Shown: positions 18,877 to 29,242 of the stretch, in pieces
Numbering within the stretch: position 1 is the first letter of the stretch
How the letters are laid out: each line of letters begins with the position of its first letter
DNA from: Candidatus Hermodarchaeota archaeon
Lineage (GTDB): Archaea; Asgardarchaeota; Lokiarchaeia; Sigyniarchaeales; SOKP01
Assembly: GCA_048885535.1 (NCBI GenBank)
Contig: JBHLLO010000018.1
Location: 1 to 44,211, forward strand
Direction of reading: 5' to 3'
Length of the DNA: 44,211 bases
Made by a program: the position numbers and the translations under genes
The notes under the pieces: model-generated
What the model saw: only the letters and a program-made list of their open reading frames with translations
What the model was told of the DNA's origin: nothing
Database searches by the model: none

Positions 18877-19227
18877 GTGAGGGCTATTTCTCCTTTAAAA
18901 AGACATTATATTAGAATTTTTATCTCATCTTTAGCATTAATGATAGTTGGGCTTGTAGTAACTAGTGTGGCTAATTATATTCCACCAGTTTCATTTGGTG
19001 ATCCTGATTATGAAGCATACACCAATTTAATGAATATTCTCTCAACATTGTCATTAATGTTTCAAAATATAGGTTTAGTACTATTTTCATTGTCTTCCTT
19101 TATGGGATCCTTTGTTGATGAAACCTTATCAAAACAGGTTAAAAGAGGAATGCTATTAGCTTCAGCTATAGGTATAATAGCTCTGGTAATCTACAACAAC
19201 GTGTTTTTTTATCTAATAATTTCTTAA
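18877..19227 (+). CDS. Small 3-TM membrane protein, tandem paralog
   Basis: Shares SLALMIVG, TSVANxIPPVSF, FQNxG, VDET and VKRGM with the upstream gene; probable start ATT at 18886. Confidence 0.75.
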   Translation: MRAISPLKRHYIRIFISSLALMIVGLVVTSVANYIPPVSFGDPDYEAYTNLMNILSTLSLMFQNIGLVLFSLSSFMGSFVDETLSKQVKRGMLLASAIGIIALVIYNNVFFYLIIS

Positions 19228-19244
19228 TTATTTTTTTTATATAT

Positions 19245-20003
19245 TTAATCAGAATTTAAGCTATTAATATGTTCTAGGATATATTCAACTAATTTTTCGA
19301 TATAAATCTCTCCTCTTTTAATTTCTGCCCTAGTTGGATCACCTATAACTCCAATTTTTGATAAAGCCGTCATCCCTTTTTCAAAAAGTAGCTTTTGGGT
19401 ATTTAAATCAATTGATCCAACATACCCCGCTTTAAAACGATTCTTTATTACCTGATCTTCATTTATTGCTAACATCTGTGAAGTTTCTAGTTCCCCAGCA
19501 TGACCTCCTGCTTCTTCTCTACTTATACCCATATCTTGGGCAATTTTAAATAAATAGTTCATGAATTTCATTAAATTAGTACCTCCAATTAGCTTTACCT
19601 CGGGATATTTAGGTTGTATCTCATTAATTACTTCTCTTAAAGGTTCGAAATTTCCACCATGACTAGGAATAAAAATAATTTTTTTAAAACCATGGTGAGA
19701 AAGGCTGCTAATATAATCAAATATTATCGATTTAAGAGTATCTTTTTTTAAAGATATTGTGCCTGGAAATGATAAATGATGTTCTGAACAACCAATTCTA
19801 ATTGTTTGAGCTTGCAATGCATTCCCTAATTTTTTTGCGACTTTGTTGGCTAAGATATCTGCGATAACTGCATCAGTTTGAGTAGGAAGGTGAGGTCCGT
19901 GTTGCTCTGTAGAACCAACACCAATTACAACACTATCAAATCCTTTATGGATTGCTTCCCCTATATCCACCCAATTCATTTCTTCCATTCTTATAGTTCT
20001 CAT
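19245..20003 (-). CDS. Creatininase/creatinine amidohydrolase family protein
   Basis: GSTEQHGPHLP..TD, GCSEHH, FPGT, SHGGN, HAGELETS, GVIGDP. Confidence 0.9.
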   Translation of the reverse strand: MRTIRMEEMNWVDIGEAIHKGFDSVVIGVGSTEQHGPHLPTQTDAVIADILANKVAKKLGNALQAQTIRIGCSEHHLSFPGTISLKKDTLKSIIFDYISSLSHHGFKKIIFIPSHGGNFEPLREVINEIQPKYPEVKLIGGTNLMKFMNYLFKIAQDMGISREEAGGHAGELETSQMLAINEDQVIKNRFKAGYVGSIDLNTQKLLFEKGMTALSKIGVIGDPTRAEIKRGEIYIEKLVEYILEHINSLNSD

Positions 20004-20019
20004 TAATCGGTTTCACTCT

Positions 20020-21444
20020 TTAGGTCTTTGATTTTTTTTCTTGATGAATTTTTTCTCTCTGTTCTTTAACCTGCTTTAATCTTTCCCCGTCTAAAGGATA
20101 AAAGTAGATAGCTATTATTGCAATTATTAAAGCTATTGCAGGATATATAAACATCAAACTTCTTAGACCAAATTCAATTTGTGGTGTCATACTTCCGGTA
20201 AAATAAGGATATTCTGCAATTAGAAACACGGGACCGATAATTAAAAAAATAAATACGGTTGCGAATCTTTGAAAAAAGATATTTATACCATAAAATCCTC
20301 CTTCTCTTCTTATTCCACTCTTAACTTCATCTTCATCAATAATATCTGCTATAATTATATCAATAATGTAGAGAGAACCAGATAAGCCAATTCCTATCAA
20401 AAAGAACACAATAAATGCAATGACTTCTAAAAAAGGCATACTTGAATTCAAGAAAAATAAAGGTGTTAGAGTTGCAATCCAGATACTCATAGATATTAAC
20501 CAAGATTTTCTTGGACCCAATTTCTGAACCAATGGTTTCCATAATAGCGTCATGAAAATTGCTGTTGATAAGAATGTCGCTCCTAGTAATAAAGAAATTA
20601 TTATTGATGGAAATCCCAAAATAAATTCACCATATAACGGGACAATCACAGGCAACATTCCATACACAAACCAATTTGCGATTTCTGCAGGGATATATCT
20701 CATAAAACTTTTACTTTTAACACAAAACTTAAGCGTATTGAAAAAATTAGGAGCGTGTTTATACTCTTCTCGAAATTCTGATCTTTCTTTTGGTGAAAAT
20801 TTTAAGAACAATAAACCGGGAATAATGATTATAATGGCTACAATCATTCCATAAAAAGGATACTCACCAGGTTGAGGGCTTGTATAACTAGAAATGAAAA
20901 TTCCAGGTAATATAAAAGCCGCAATTAAACCAATAATGGCAAACAACTGTCTTACATTATTCCCCTTTGTTCTTTCCTCTACAGTAATGAAAATTTCAGG
21001 ATATAATGCTGTAAAATTAATATCATACATTGTAAAAAACAGTTCAAAAATAATAATTATAAATAGAAAATATATGAAATTCGAGACAGAACTGCTGATA
21101 CCCCATGTAATCGGAGGTGTAAATAAAAATATCAAAATTAATGCTATAGGGAATAACGAGAGCATTATCCAAGGAAATCTTCGACCCCATTTTGACTTCG
21201 TCGTATCTGAAAGGTATCCAATAATCGTATCATTAAAACTGTTCCAGATAGACCAAATTATAAATCCAATGGATATCCATAGAATATCAATCCTCACAAC
21301 TGCGAAGTAAAATGTAAATGTTAGGAACGTAAAAGCCTGATATGATGAAATATCCGCAATTTGACCTATCCCATATGAAATAGCGCGTTTATATGAAAAC
21401 TTTTTTCCTTCGGTATGTGAATTTCCCTTATTCATACAGATCAT
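20020..21444 (-). CDS. MFS transporter, glycoside-pentoside-hexuronide (MelB-like) family
   Basis: About 12 TM segments; NDTIIGYLSD..KSKWGRRFPW, EERT, ADIIDEDE..SGIRREG. Confidence 0.9.
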   Translation of the reverse strand: MICMNKGNSHTEGKKFSYKRAISYGIGQIADISSYQAFTFLTFTFYFAVVRIDILWISIGFIIWSIWNSFNDTIIGYLSDTTKSKWGRRFPWIMLSLFPIALILIFLFTPPITWGISSSVSNFIYFLFIIIIFELFFTMYDINFTALYPEIFITVEERTKGNNVRQLFAIIGLIAAFILPGIFISSYTSPQPGEYPFYGMIVAIIIIIPGLLFLKFSPKERSEFREEYKHAPNFFNTLKFCVKSKSFMRYIPAEIANWFVYGMLPVIVPLYGEFILGFPSIIISLLLGATFLSTAIFMTLLWKPLVQKLGPRKSWLISMSIWIATLTPLFFLNSSMPFLEVIAFIVFFLIGIGLSGSLYIIDIIIADIIDEDEVKSGIRREGGFYGINIFFQRFATVFIFLIIGPVFLIAEYPYFTGSMTPQIEFGLRSLMFIYPAIALIIAIIAIYFYPLDGERLKQVKEQREKIHQEKKSKT

Positions 21445-21570
21445 AATATTTTTTTTATAAATTGATCTTATTTCTTTTATCTCTTAATAAATCTTTATCT
21501 ATGACCTAAAATAATAAACTATAAGATTTTACGATTTAATTTTACGTTTCAACTTCAAAGGTTAAATAAG

Positions 21571-23007
21571 ATGGATTTAGAAAAATTGTTCAAACCAAAA
21601 TCAATGGCTGTTGTTGGCATATCGAAAAAGAATCCATTAAGTCCCGGAAGAATAGTATTAGTGAAGAATGAATTTGAAATGGATGTGAAGGTCTATGGAA
21701 TATATCCAACTGGAGGCGAAATAGAAGGAATACAATTATATGAGCGATTAGATAAATTACCAGATATTCCTGATCTTTTAGTAATAGCAGTAGGACCGGA
21801 TGATACTCTAGGATATATTCAGGATTGTGCTGACTTGGAAATTCCCGCAAGCGTTATAATTGGTGGTGGTTTTGCCGAAATTGGCATCGAAGGCAGAAAG
21901 AGACAAGATAAATTAGAAAAAATTGCATTTGAAAATGAAATTGCTGTTTTAGGTCCTAATTGTCTAGGAGTCTATGCTCCTCCCTTATTAGATACAATTT
22001 TTATGCCCACAGAGCGTATTTCTCGACCTTTAAAGGGATCTGTTGCGCTTATAAGCCAGAGTGGAGGTGTTTTAGTGGATCAATTTTTTCATAAGTTTTA
22101 CGAACGACATATTGGGGTATCTACAGCAGTATCAATAGGGAATAGAGCAGTAGTTGATGAAGCCATGTTGTTAGAATATTTTAGTAAACATGATAAAGAG
22201 TCAACTAATATTGCCTTTTATTTAGAAGGATTTAAGCAAGGAAGGGCAAGAGCTTTTCTTGAGCTAGCAAAAGAATCAGAAGATACTGTTGTTACATTTT
22301 TCGGAGGAAAAACAAAAGAAGGAAAAGTAGCCACTCTTTCTCATACCGCTAGTCTGGCAGTCAATTATAAAATACTAGAAGATGCATTAAAACAGTTTCT
22401 AATCATAAACCCACATTCTGAGACAGAGCTATTGACAAGTCTAAAAGTCTATGACGTACTTGCTCATCGAAAGAATCCTTTTGGAAAGAATGTAATAACT
22501 TATGGAGATGTGGTTATTGTATCTGTATCAGGTGGACATGGAGTAATCGCAGCAGACATGCTAAGTAAGTACGGTTTGAAACCCGTTATTTTCACTAAAG
22601 AAGAAAAAAAAGAAATGAAGATAATAGTCAGCCCTGTGGTAAGAGAAATAGCATCTTTTAACAATCCTATTGATCTCACGGGTTCTGTACTCGATCAAGA
22701 TATTGAAAACATAATAGGATATTTATCTGATATCCCAAGAATCGAATGTATAATTTTGTTAATCCTACCGTACCCCCCAAATATTTCACATCAAATTGGG
22801 AGAAGAATTGCTAACATTGTAATAAGTAAAAATAAACCGGTTGTTTGTTTTATACCCTTTGTTTCCAAATATGAATTAATAATTGAATCTTTGGAATTAG
22901 CCTATATTCCTACTTTCCATTCTATAAAGGAAACTGTTCAGGCTGTTTCTGCATTAAAACATCGAACAAGAATTGATAATATTAAGAAAGGTATTTTTGA
23001 TTTTTAA
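21571..23007 (+). CDS. acdA: Acyl-CoA synthetase (ADP/NDP-forming) alpha subunit
   Basis: LFKPKSMAVVG, GGFAE, GPNCLG, SQSGG, SIGN, YLEG, phospho-His SHTASLA, SGGHGV, NPIDLTG. Confidence 0.85.
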   Translation: MDLEKLFKPKSMAVVGISKKNPLSPGRIVLVKNEFEMDVKVYGIYPTGGEIEGIQLYERLDKLPDIPDLLVIAVGPDDTLGYIQDCADLEIPASVIIGGGFAEIGIEGRKRQDKLEKIAFENEIAVLGPNCLGVYAPPLLDTIFMPTERISRPLKGSVALISQSGGVLVDQFFHKFYERHIGVSTAVSIGNRAVVDEAMLLEYFSKHDKESTNIAFYLEGFKQGRARAFLELAKESEDTVVTFFGGKTKEGKVATLSHTASLAVNYKILEDALKQFLIINPHSETELLTSLKVYDVLAHRKNPFGKNVITYGDVVIVSVSGGHGVIAADMLSKYGLKPVIFTKEEKKEMKIIVSPVVREIASFNNPIDLTGSVLDQDIENIIGYLSDIPRIECIILLILPYPPNISHQIGRRIANIVISKNKPVVCFIPFVSKYELIIESLELAYIPTFHSIKETVQAVSALKHRTRIDNIKKGIFDF

Positions 23008-23067
23008 GTTAATAAACATTTACAAGCTTATATTAAATATATTAATTATCTTTCAGGTGGAAAAAAA

Positions 23068-23952
23068 ATGAAGCAAAAAATTGGATGGATCGGAACTGGT
23101 GTTATGGGAAAGTCTATGTGTAGTCATATAATAAAAGCTGGATACGAAGTTTCAGTTTATAATCGAACAAAAAGAAAAGCAGAAGGCTTAATTGAGATGG
23201 GAGCTATTTGGCGTTTAAACCCAAAAGAAGTGGCTGAAAATAGTAACATTATTTTTACAATTGTAGGATATCCAAAAGATGTTGAGGAAGTATATTTTGG
23301 GGAAATGGGAATTATAAGCAGTACAAAGCCAAATTCAATTATCGTGGATATGACCACCTCAGAACCAACATTAGCCAAGAAAATATATGAACAAGCCAAA
23401 ATAAGAAATGTTTATTCTATAGATGCGCCAGTTTCGGGAGGCGATATAGGAGCCCGTGAAGGAAGTCTTGCTATAATGGCGGGAGGTGATAAAAATACTT
23501 ATGAAAAGGTTTTGCCTTTTTTCAAACTAATGGGAAAAAATATAGCATATATGGGTAATGCTGGAGCAGGACAACATACTAAAATGAGTAATCAAATTCT
23601 TATTGCTACAACTATGATTGGAGTTGTGGAATCTCTTTTATACGCTTATAAAGCTGGAAATGATTTAAATGAAGTGATCGATGTAATAGGTAAGGGAGCC
23701 GCTGGTTGTTGGTCAATCAATAATTTAGGTCCTAGAGTTGTAAAAAAAAATTTTGATCCTGGATTTTTTATAAAACACTTTGTAAAAGATATGGGAATAG
23801 CGCTGCAAGAGGCAAAAAATATGAATTTAGCCCTCCCTGGGTTAGCATTAGCTTATCAATTTTATCTTTCAGCTATTGCCATGGGTTTAGAGAACCTTGG
23901 TACTCAAGGATTATACAAAGTTTTTGCTAAAATGAACGGAATAGAGATTTAA
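23068..23952 (+). CDS. Beta-hydroxyacid dehydrogenase (3-hydroxyisobutyrate dehydrogenase / tartronate semialdehyde reductase family)
   Basis: WIGTGVMG, DAPVSGGDIGA, GAGQHTKMSNQ, KDMGIAL. Confidence 0.9.
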   Translation: MKQKIGWIGTGVMGKSMCSHIIKAGYEVSVYNRTKRKAEGLIEMGAIWRLNPKEVAENSNIIFTIVGYPKDVEEVYFGEMGIISSTKPNSIIVDMTTSEPTLAKKIYEQAKIRNVYSIDAPVSGGDIGAREGSLAIMAGGDKNTYEKVLPFFKLMGKNIAYMGNAGAGQHTKMSNQILIATTMIGVVESLLYAYKAGNDLNEVIDVIGKGAAGCWSINNLGPRVVKKNFDPGFFIKHFVKDMGIALQEAKNMNLALPGLALAYQFYLSAIAMGLENLGTQGLYKVFAKMNGIEI

Positions 23953-23957
23953 TTTAC

Positions 23958-24773
23958 TTATAAAACATCAATTACTTTCTCTATCTTTTTAATCGATTTT
24001 TTAATAAAATCTTTATTTGTTATAGTTAGCTTAATAGCATTTTGAGGACACATATCCGCGCAACGTCCGCATCCACGACATTCTTCACTAATTATTGCAT
24101 GATCACTATCTATATAAATAGCATCAACGAAGCATACATCGTTTAAACATGTGCCGCAACCAGTACACGCGTCTGTCACTCTTACATTAACTCCAGGCAT
24201 TTTCTGCACCTTGGAACCTATCTTAGGAGCTAACACTGGCGAAACTCTCCATAAACAACAACAAGGGTCACAATTACAAATCGAAAGAAGTTTATGCCCT
24301 GGTTTTACCCCTAACCATTGTTTATCTAATAGATTTCGTCCGATCATATGAACCAAACCAGCATTTCTACATTTTTCTATATGCTTCAAGGCTTCTTCTT
24401 TTGATACTCTCCTTCCAAGTTTCGGGTTAATCCCTAAAACTGCCTTTCCTAGAAAAAGACAGCCCAATGAACGAGGATAGTCATTACATTGCATAGATTC
24501 TCTACATATACAAAAATTCATAATCCAATGATATTTAGATTTGTTTATAAAATGTTCTAAAACCTTTGAAGGTAATACTATATCTGACTGTAATCCAATT
24601 TCTTCATTTATTTCAACAATTTTATCTAGAGGTAAATAAATGATTTCATCACCCTTAAAAAGTAGAAAATCAAAAACCTTACCAAGAATGGGAATTCTAG
24701 TTAACTTCGCGATGAACTTTACTTTTGGAAATGCTTTCTTTAATACTTCAACAAACCATAGAGGGCGTGCCAT
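23958..24773 (-). CDS. 4Fe-4S dicluster (ferredoxin-domain) protein
   Basis: CICR, CLFLG, ICNCDPCCC and C-terminal CTGCGTC / CRGCGRCADMCP; ATG at 24773 preferred over GTG at 24785. Confidence 0.85.
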   Translation of the reverse strand: MARPLWFVEVLKKAFPKVKFIAKLTRIPILGKVFDFLLFKGDEIIYLPLDKIVEINEEIGLQSDIVLPSKVLEHFINKSKYHWIMNFCICRESMQCNDYPRSLGCLFLGKAVLGINPKLGRRVSKEEALKHIEKCRNAGLVHMIGRNLLDKQWLGVKPGHKLLSICNCDPCCCLWRVSPVLAPKIGSKVQKMPGVNVRVTDACTGCGTCLNDVCFVDAIYIDSDHAIISEECRGCGRCADMCPQNAIKLTITNKDFIKKSIKKIEKVIDVL

Positions 24774-24958
24774 TTGCAAATCCACTTAATAAATTAATAA
24801 AAATTACTTAATGTAGTTATAGTTTAAAGTTTTATTTCTAATATAATTTTATTTTTTTTATTAACTGAATTAACATCCAATTAATTATTTCAATGATAGG
24901 ATAATTTTATATAGATTAGGGATGAAAGTTTTATTTATTTATCAAATGTGATTTAAAC

Positions 24959-25921
24959 ATGAATATTGATATTAACCTTCTAAGGGATTTAGAGAAATCA
25001 ATAGACACTATTCACCCCGAGAAAGGAAGGATTCCGATAAAAGTATTAGGTTATGGTGAAATCAGTTTAGTTTTCGAAATTTTAAACGATCCTTTGCATT
25101 TAGCTTATAAGAGGATTCCGATTTTTGATACCGATGAACAAGTAAAACGCCATATATGGGCTTATAGAAAGTATAATCAATTGCTTAAAGATAGAGTAGG
25201 ATTAAACATTCCTGATTACGATGTGGCTTGGTTTAAAGACTATAAAGGCAATATTCAATTCTATTGCGTCCAAGAGAAAATCGATTCAAATTCAGTTGGA
25301 AATAGAGTAATTCATTTACTTAACAAAGAGGAAATAATGACCCTAGTTCTCCTGGTCATGAAAGAGTTTAAAAAGGTATGGGAATTTAGCAAAAAAAATA
25401 GTATTCTCGATTTAGGACTTGATGGGCAAATCTCTAATTTTGCAATAATTGACTATGACTCAAATCATCCCAGAGTGAATAAAGATACAAGATTATATTA
25501 TTTAGATACAAGCACTCCAATGTTCAGAGTTAATGGTAAAGAAGCAATGCAAGCAGAACTTTTTCTGAAAAGTGCTCCCTCTTTTTTAAGATGGTTATTA
25601 AAGGCTCTTTTTCTTGAAGAAACTGTAGGTAGATATTATGATTTGAGAAAAGTTACTATCGATTTAATAGCTAATTTCATCAAAGAACAAAAATCTGAAT
25701 TAATTCCTGAATTAATTAAAATGATAAATGATTTTTTTAAAGAAGAGGCAGATTTATTCGACATTGAACGTATAACTATTGAGGAAGTTCAAAAATACTA
25801 TAAAAGTGATAAAAATATGTGGGTAATCTTCCAAAGCGTAAGAAAATTTGACCGTTACTTGAAAACAAAGTTACTCAAAAAAACATACGAATTCTATCTT
25901 CCAGAAAAAATAAAACGCTAA
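24959..25921 (+). CDS. Conserved hypothetical protein (DUF6206-like)
   Basis: VLGYGEIS, AYKRIP, GLDGQISNF and YLDTSTP motifs. Confidence 0.6.
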   Translation: MNIDINLLRDLEKSIDTIHPEKGRIPIKVLGYGEISLVFEILNDPLHLAYKRIPIFDTDEQVKRHIWAYRKYNQLLKDRVGLNIPDYDVAWFKDYKGNIQFYCVQEKIDSNSVGNRVIHLLNKEEIMTLVLLVMKEFKKVWEFSKKNSILDLGLDGQISNFAIIDYDSNHPRVNKDTRLYYLDTSTPMFRVNGKEAMQAELFLKSAPSFLRWLLKALFLEETVGRYYDLRKVTIDLIANFIKEQKSELIPELIKMINDFFKEEADLFDIERITIEEVQKYYKSDKNMWVIFQSVRKFDRYLKTKLLKKTYEFYLPEKIKR

Positions 25922-25969
25922 CTTCCCTTCTCTTTTCAAGTAAAATTCAAATTCCCACTAAAACTGATA

Positions 25970-27118
25970 ATGTATATGGTTGTTAAGCCAAAGGTATATT
26001 TTACTTCAAATGTCTTCACACCTTCAGAAATAGGCTCTAATAACAAAATTGATCACAATGTTAGAGAAAAAATTCAATTAATATGGACTAGATTAAATAG
26101 TATAGCAGAATTAAAGGTATTTAATGGCAGGTTTCCTGATGAGGCTGAAATTCAAAAAATCATTCAAAAGTTTAATCCTGATATAATAGGGTGTCATTTA
26201 AGCCACAAAATTTTATCAAATATTCTAGAAAGTTCAAAAGTTTTTGCTGTTTGTACAGCAACCGCAGGATATAATCATATCCAAAAAACAGAACAGGATG
26301 ATATTATTATTACTCACACACCAGGAGTACTTTATGAAACAGTTGCTGATTATGCTATCACGTTGATTATGGCAAATCTGAGAAATATAATTGATTACCA
26401 TAATTTTGTCTGGAACGATAAATGGACTCCAATGGATAAATGGGACTTAGACCAAAACTTAACATCAAAAATTTCAAATAAAGTCATTGGTATTGTAGGA
26501 TTAGGAGAGATTGGTAAAGAAGTAGTAAGAAGATTGTATTCATGGGATTTAAGGATAATATATCATGATATTCGCCCCATGGAAGAATTTGAAAAGAATT
26601 ATCCAAATATCGAATTCAAAGATACGACAGAAGACATATTTAGAGAAGCGGATATAATAAGCCTTCACATTCCATTGAATAAATATACAGAAAAAATAGT
26701 AAATAGAACTTTATTAAAATTGATGAAAAAAAATGCTCTCTTAATAAATACATCTAGAGGTTTAGTGCTTGATTTCGACGCATTATTAGATCTTCTAGAA
26801 GAAGGTGAAATCAAAATTAATATAGCATTTGATGTCTTTCCTATTGAGCCAATCGATTCTAATACTCTGAAAAGGTTTAAAAGAATAAAGCAGAAACATC
26901 CAGAATTAAGAATTTTACTCATGCCTCATAATGCGAGTGCTGATGCGAATACTCGTGGTAAAATGGTTATAATGTTTCTAGAAGATATTATCAAAATAAT
27001 AGAATCAAGGAATTTAAGCGATTTAGAGGAAATCCACTTAATTCCAGAACATAAAAGTAAAATATATAGGAAAAATTGGAGGATATATAAATATTGGAAT
27101 AAAGAGAAAGAGGTTTAA
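25970..27118 (+). CDS. D-isomer-specific 2-hydroxyacid dehydrogenase (glyoxylate reductase-like)
   Basis: TPGVL.ETVAD, GIVGLGEIG, INTSRG, DVFPIEP, PHNAS. Confidence 0.88.
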   Translation: MYMVVKPKVYFTSNVFTPSEIGSNNKIDHNVREKIQLIWTRLNSIAELKVFNGRFPDEAEIQKIIQKFNPDIIGCHLSHKILSNILESSKVFAVCTATAGYNHIQKTEQDDIIITHTPGVLYETVADYAITLIMANLRNIIDYHNFVWNDKWTPMDKWDLDQNLTSKISNKVIGIVGLGEIGKEVVRRLYSWDLRIIYHDIRPMEEFEKNYPNIEFKDTTEDIFREADIISLHIPLNKYTEKIVNRTLLKLMKKNALLINTSRGLVLDFDALLDLLEEGEIKINIAFDVFPIEPIDSNTLKRFKRIKQKHPELRILLMPHNASADANTRGKMVIMFLEDIIKIIESRNLSDLEEIHLIPEHKSKIYRKNWRIYKYWNKEKEV

Positions 27119-27124
27119 AATTTT

Positions 27125-27697
27125 ATGATTCGAACGTTCATAGCAATAGAGTTAAAAGATAATGATCCAATTCAAAAAATTATGTCAATATATTCGAAAT
27201 TAAAACAAAATCAACCAAAAATTAAGTTGGTGGAACCAAAAAATCTTCATATTACTATTAAATTCTTGGGTAACATTTCTGAATCTTTAGCTCCAAAAAT
27301 ATATAAAATTCTAAAGGAAGAAATAAATGAAAATTTCTTTAAAGGAAAAACATTTGGATTCAAATTGAAAGGGTTGGGTCAATTTAATCGATATTCTGTC
27401 CTATGGATCAAACTTATTGGTAATATACAATTTTTACAAGATATTAAAGATAAAGTTGAGGATATATTATACGAGAAATTAAACATTACTCGAGATAAGA
27501 GAAAAGAATTTACAGCACACTTAACAATTGGGAGATTAAAATCTAAGAATATTAACTACAAAAACTTTGATACCTTTAAGAAGATCATCCAAGAAAACAA
27601 AAATCTTGAATTTGGTATCTTTAATATCAATGAAGTAAAATTAAAGAAATCAGAACTAACTCCTCAAGGTCCAATATATTCGGATTTGATTTTTTAG
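27125..27697 (+). CDS. thpR: RNA 2',3'-cyclic phosphodiesterase (2H phosphoesterase, LigT/ThpR)
   Basis: RTFIAIEL, two HxT motifs (HITIKFLG, HLTIGR), KSELTPQGPIY. Confidence 0.92.
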   Translation: MIRTFIAIELKDNDPIQKIMSIYSKLKQNQPKIKLVEPKNLHITIKFLGNISESLAPKIYKILKEEINENFFKGKTFGFKLKGLGQFNRYSVLWIKLIGNIQFLQDIKDKVEDILYEKLNITRDKRKEFTAHLTIGRLKSKNINYKNFDTFKKIIQENKNLEFGIFNINEVKLKKSELTPQGPIYSDLIF

Positions 27698-28396
27698 ATG
27701 GTAAGAGAACCAATAAAGGCAATAGTATGGGATTTAGATGGAACATTAATTCATTTTAAAATTGACTTCATAAAAGCAAGAAAAGAAGCAATTAAGGTGT
27801 TTCACAAATATGGAGTTCCCAATTCCTTACTTAGTATTGAGTTTAAAGCTCTAGATAATGTTCAAATAGCTAAAGAGTTTTTTAAATCAGAAAATTTTAC
27901 TGAATCGAAAATAAAAAAAATAATGGATGAAGCAAATACAGTTATAGCGAAAGTAGAGTATGATGCTGCTGTAAATGCTACAATGGTGGAGGGAATAAAT
28001 GAGGTTTTAGAATTCTCTAGGAAACACCATCTTAAACAAGCCATTTTTACATATAACACTCGAGAAAATGCTGAGATATCGCTTAGAAAAGTTAATCTCT
28101 TGCATTATTTTGATGTAATTATAGGTCGTGATAATATAGACAATCCAAAGCCACATCCTGATCATTTAAATCTTATTTGCGAAAAAATCTCTGTAAAAGC
28201 CTCCGAAATTGCTGTTATTGGAGATATGGGAAGAGATATTGAAGCAGCTCTCAATATTGGAGCTCATTCGATACTTATATATACAAAATTATCTAATTAC
28301 TTTGAATCAAACATTTATAAGAAAGCAGATGTAATAATTGAACCTAATGAAATTCCGTTTAGATTAATCGAGGTAATTAAAAATTTAATGGAATAA
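27698..28396 (+). CDS. HAD-superfamily hydrolase (phosphoglycolate phosphatase-like)
   Basis: DLDGTL, KPHPD, IGD...DIEAA. Confidence 0.88.
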   Translation: MVREPIKAIVWDLDGTLIHFKIDFIKARKEAIKVFHKYGVPNSLLSIEFKALDNVQIAKEFFKSENFTESKIKKIMDEANTVIAKVEYDAAVNATMVEGINEVLEFSRKHHLKQAIFTYNTRENAEISLRKVNLLHYFDVIIGRDNIDNPKPHPDHLNLICEKISVKASEIAVIGDMGRDIEAALNIGAHSILIYTKLSNYFESNIYKKADVIIEPNEIPFRLIEVIKNLME

Positions 28397-28489
28397 ATAA
28401 AAAAAAATTATAAATAGAATTCAAACTATTAATGACATAATTTTATTTTAAAATTCAATTTTATTTCAAAAAGGGTTTAAGTTTAAAAA

Positions 28490-28750
28490 ATGGGAAGAGT
28501 AGAATTTGACCTTGATGTACTAAAACCGCATCAACCAGACAATTATGATTTAGCTAAAGCTCTGGGAGAAATTCCAGGAGTAAAATTTGTTCAAATAAAA
28601 GTTGATGAAATTGATCAGAAGACAACCTCTGTATTTATTACAGTAAAAGGAGAGGGCGATCTTTCACTAGATAGCGTAAAAGAAGCTTTAGAAGATATGG
28701 GTTGTGCCTTACACAGTGTAGATAGAGTTCAAATCGATAACAGAACCTAA
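28490..28750 (+). CDS. DUF211 family protein
   Basis: LDVLKPHQP...EID..T...LHSVD pattern. Confidence 0.75.
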   Translation: MGRVEFDLDVLKPHQPDNYDLAKALGEIPGVKFVQIKVDEIDQKTTSVFITVKGEGDLSLDSVKEALEDMGCALHSVDRVQIDNRT

Positions 28751-28782
28751 TTTATTAAATCATTTTAAAAAAAAAAATTATT

Positions 28783-29145
28783 ATGTCTCAACAGTCAGCT
28801 CCAAAAATCTTAAAAGTATTGGAAGAGAATGGGGAAATCCCTGATGAATTAGATTACGCTCTAATGAATTATTTAATGCAAAATCGTGGTCCTGGATATA
28901 CTCCTTGTCAACCTAAATTAGTAGAGTTAGAGAATGGTAAAAAAGCAATAAAGATGGGTATTGATCATACGTTTATCGATAAAGATAATAAATTAATGGG
29001 ATTAGGGATTGTCGGTAATTTAATTATAGATTATGATAGTTTACAAGTTTTATATTGTACTCCAGCTCTAGAATTAGAAAAAAATATAGAAAAATTAAGA
29101 CAATCGGGAATTCAGCCACAACCTAGACCAAAGGGGAAATATTAA
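28783..29145 (+). CDS. Hypothetical protein
   Basis: 120-aa ORF, co-oriented, with genome-like codon usage. Confidence 0.7.
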   Translation: MSQQSAPKILKVLEENGEIPDELDYALMNYLMQNRGPGYTPCQPKLVELENGKKAIKMGIDHTFIDKDNKLMGLGIVGNLIIDYDSLQVLYCTPALELEKNIEKLRQSGIQPQPRPKGKY

Positions 29146-29242
29146 ATTAAAGTTTTTTAAACACAATATTATTCTTATAAATAATTCCCTGTTTTTTTAG
29201 AAAAAATTTATTTTTTATTATATTCTAAACACAACAAAGAAA

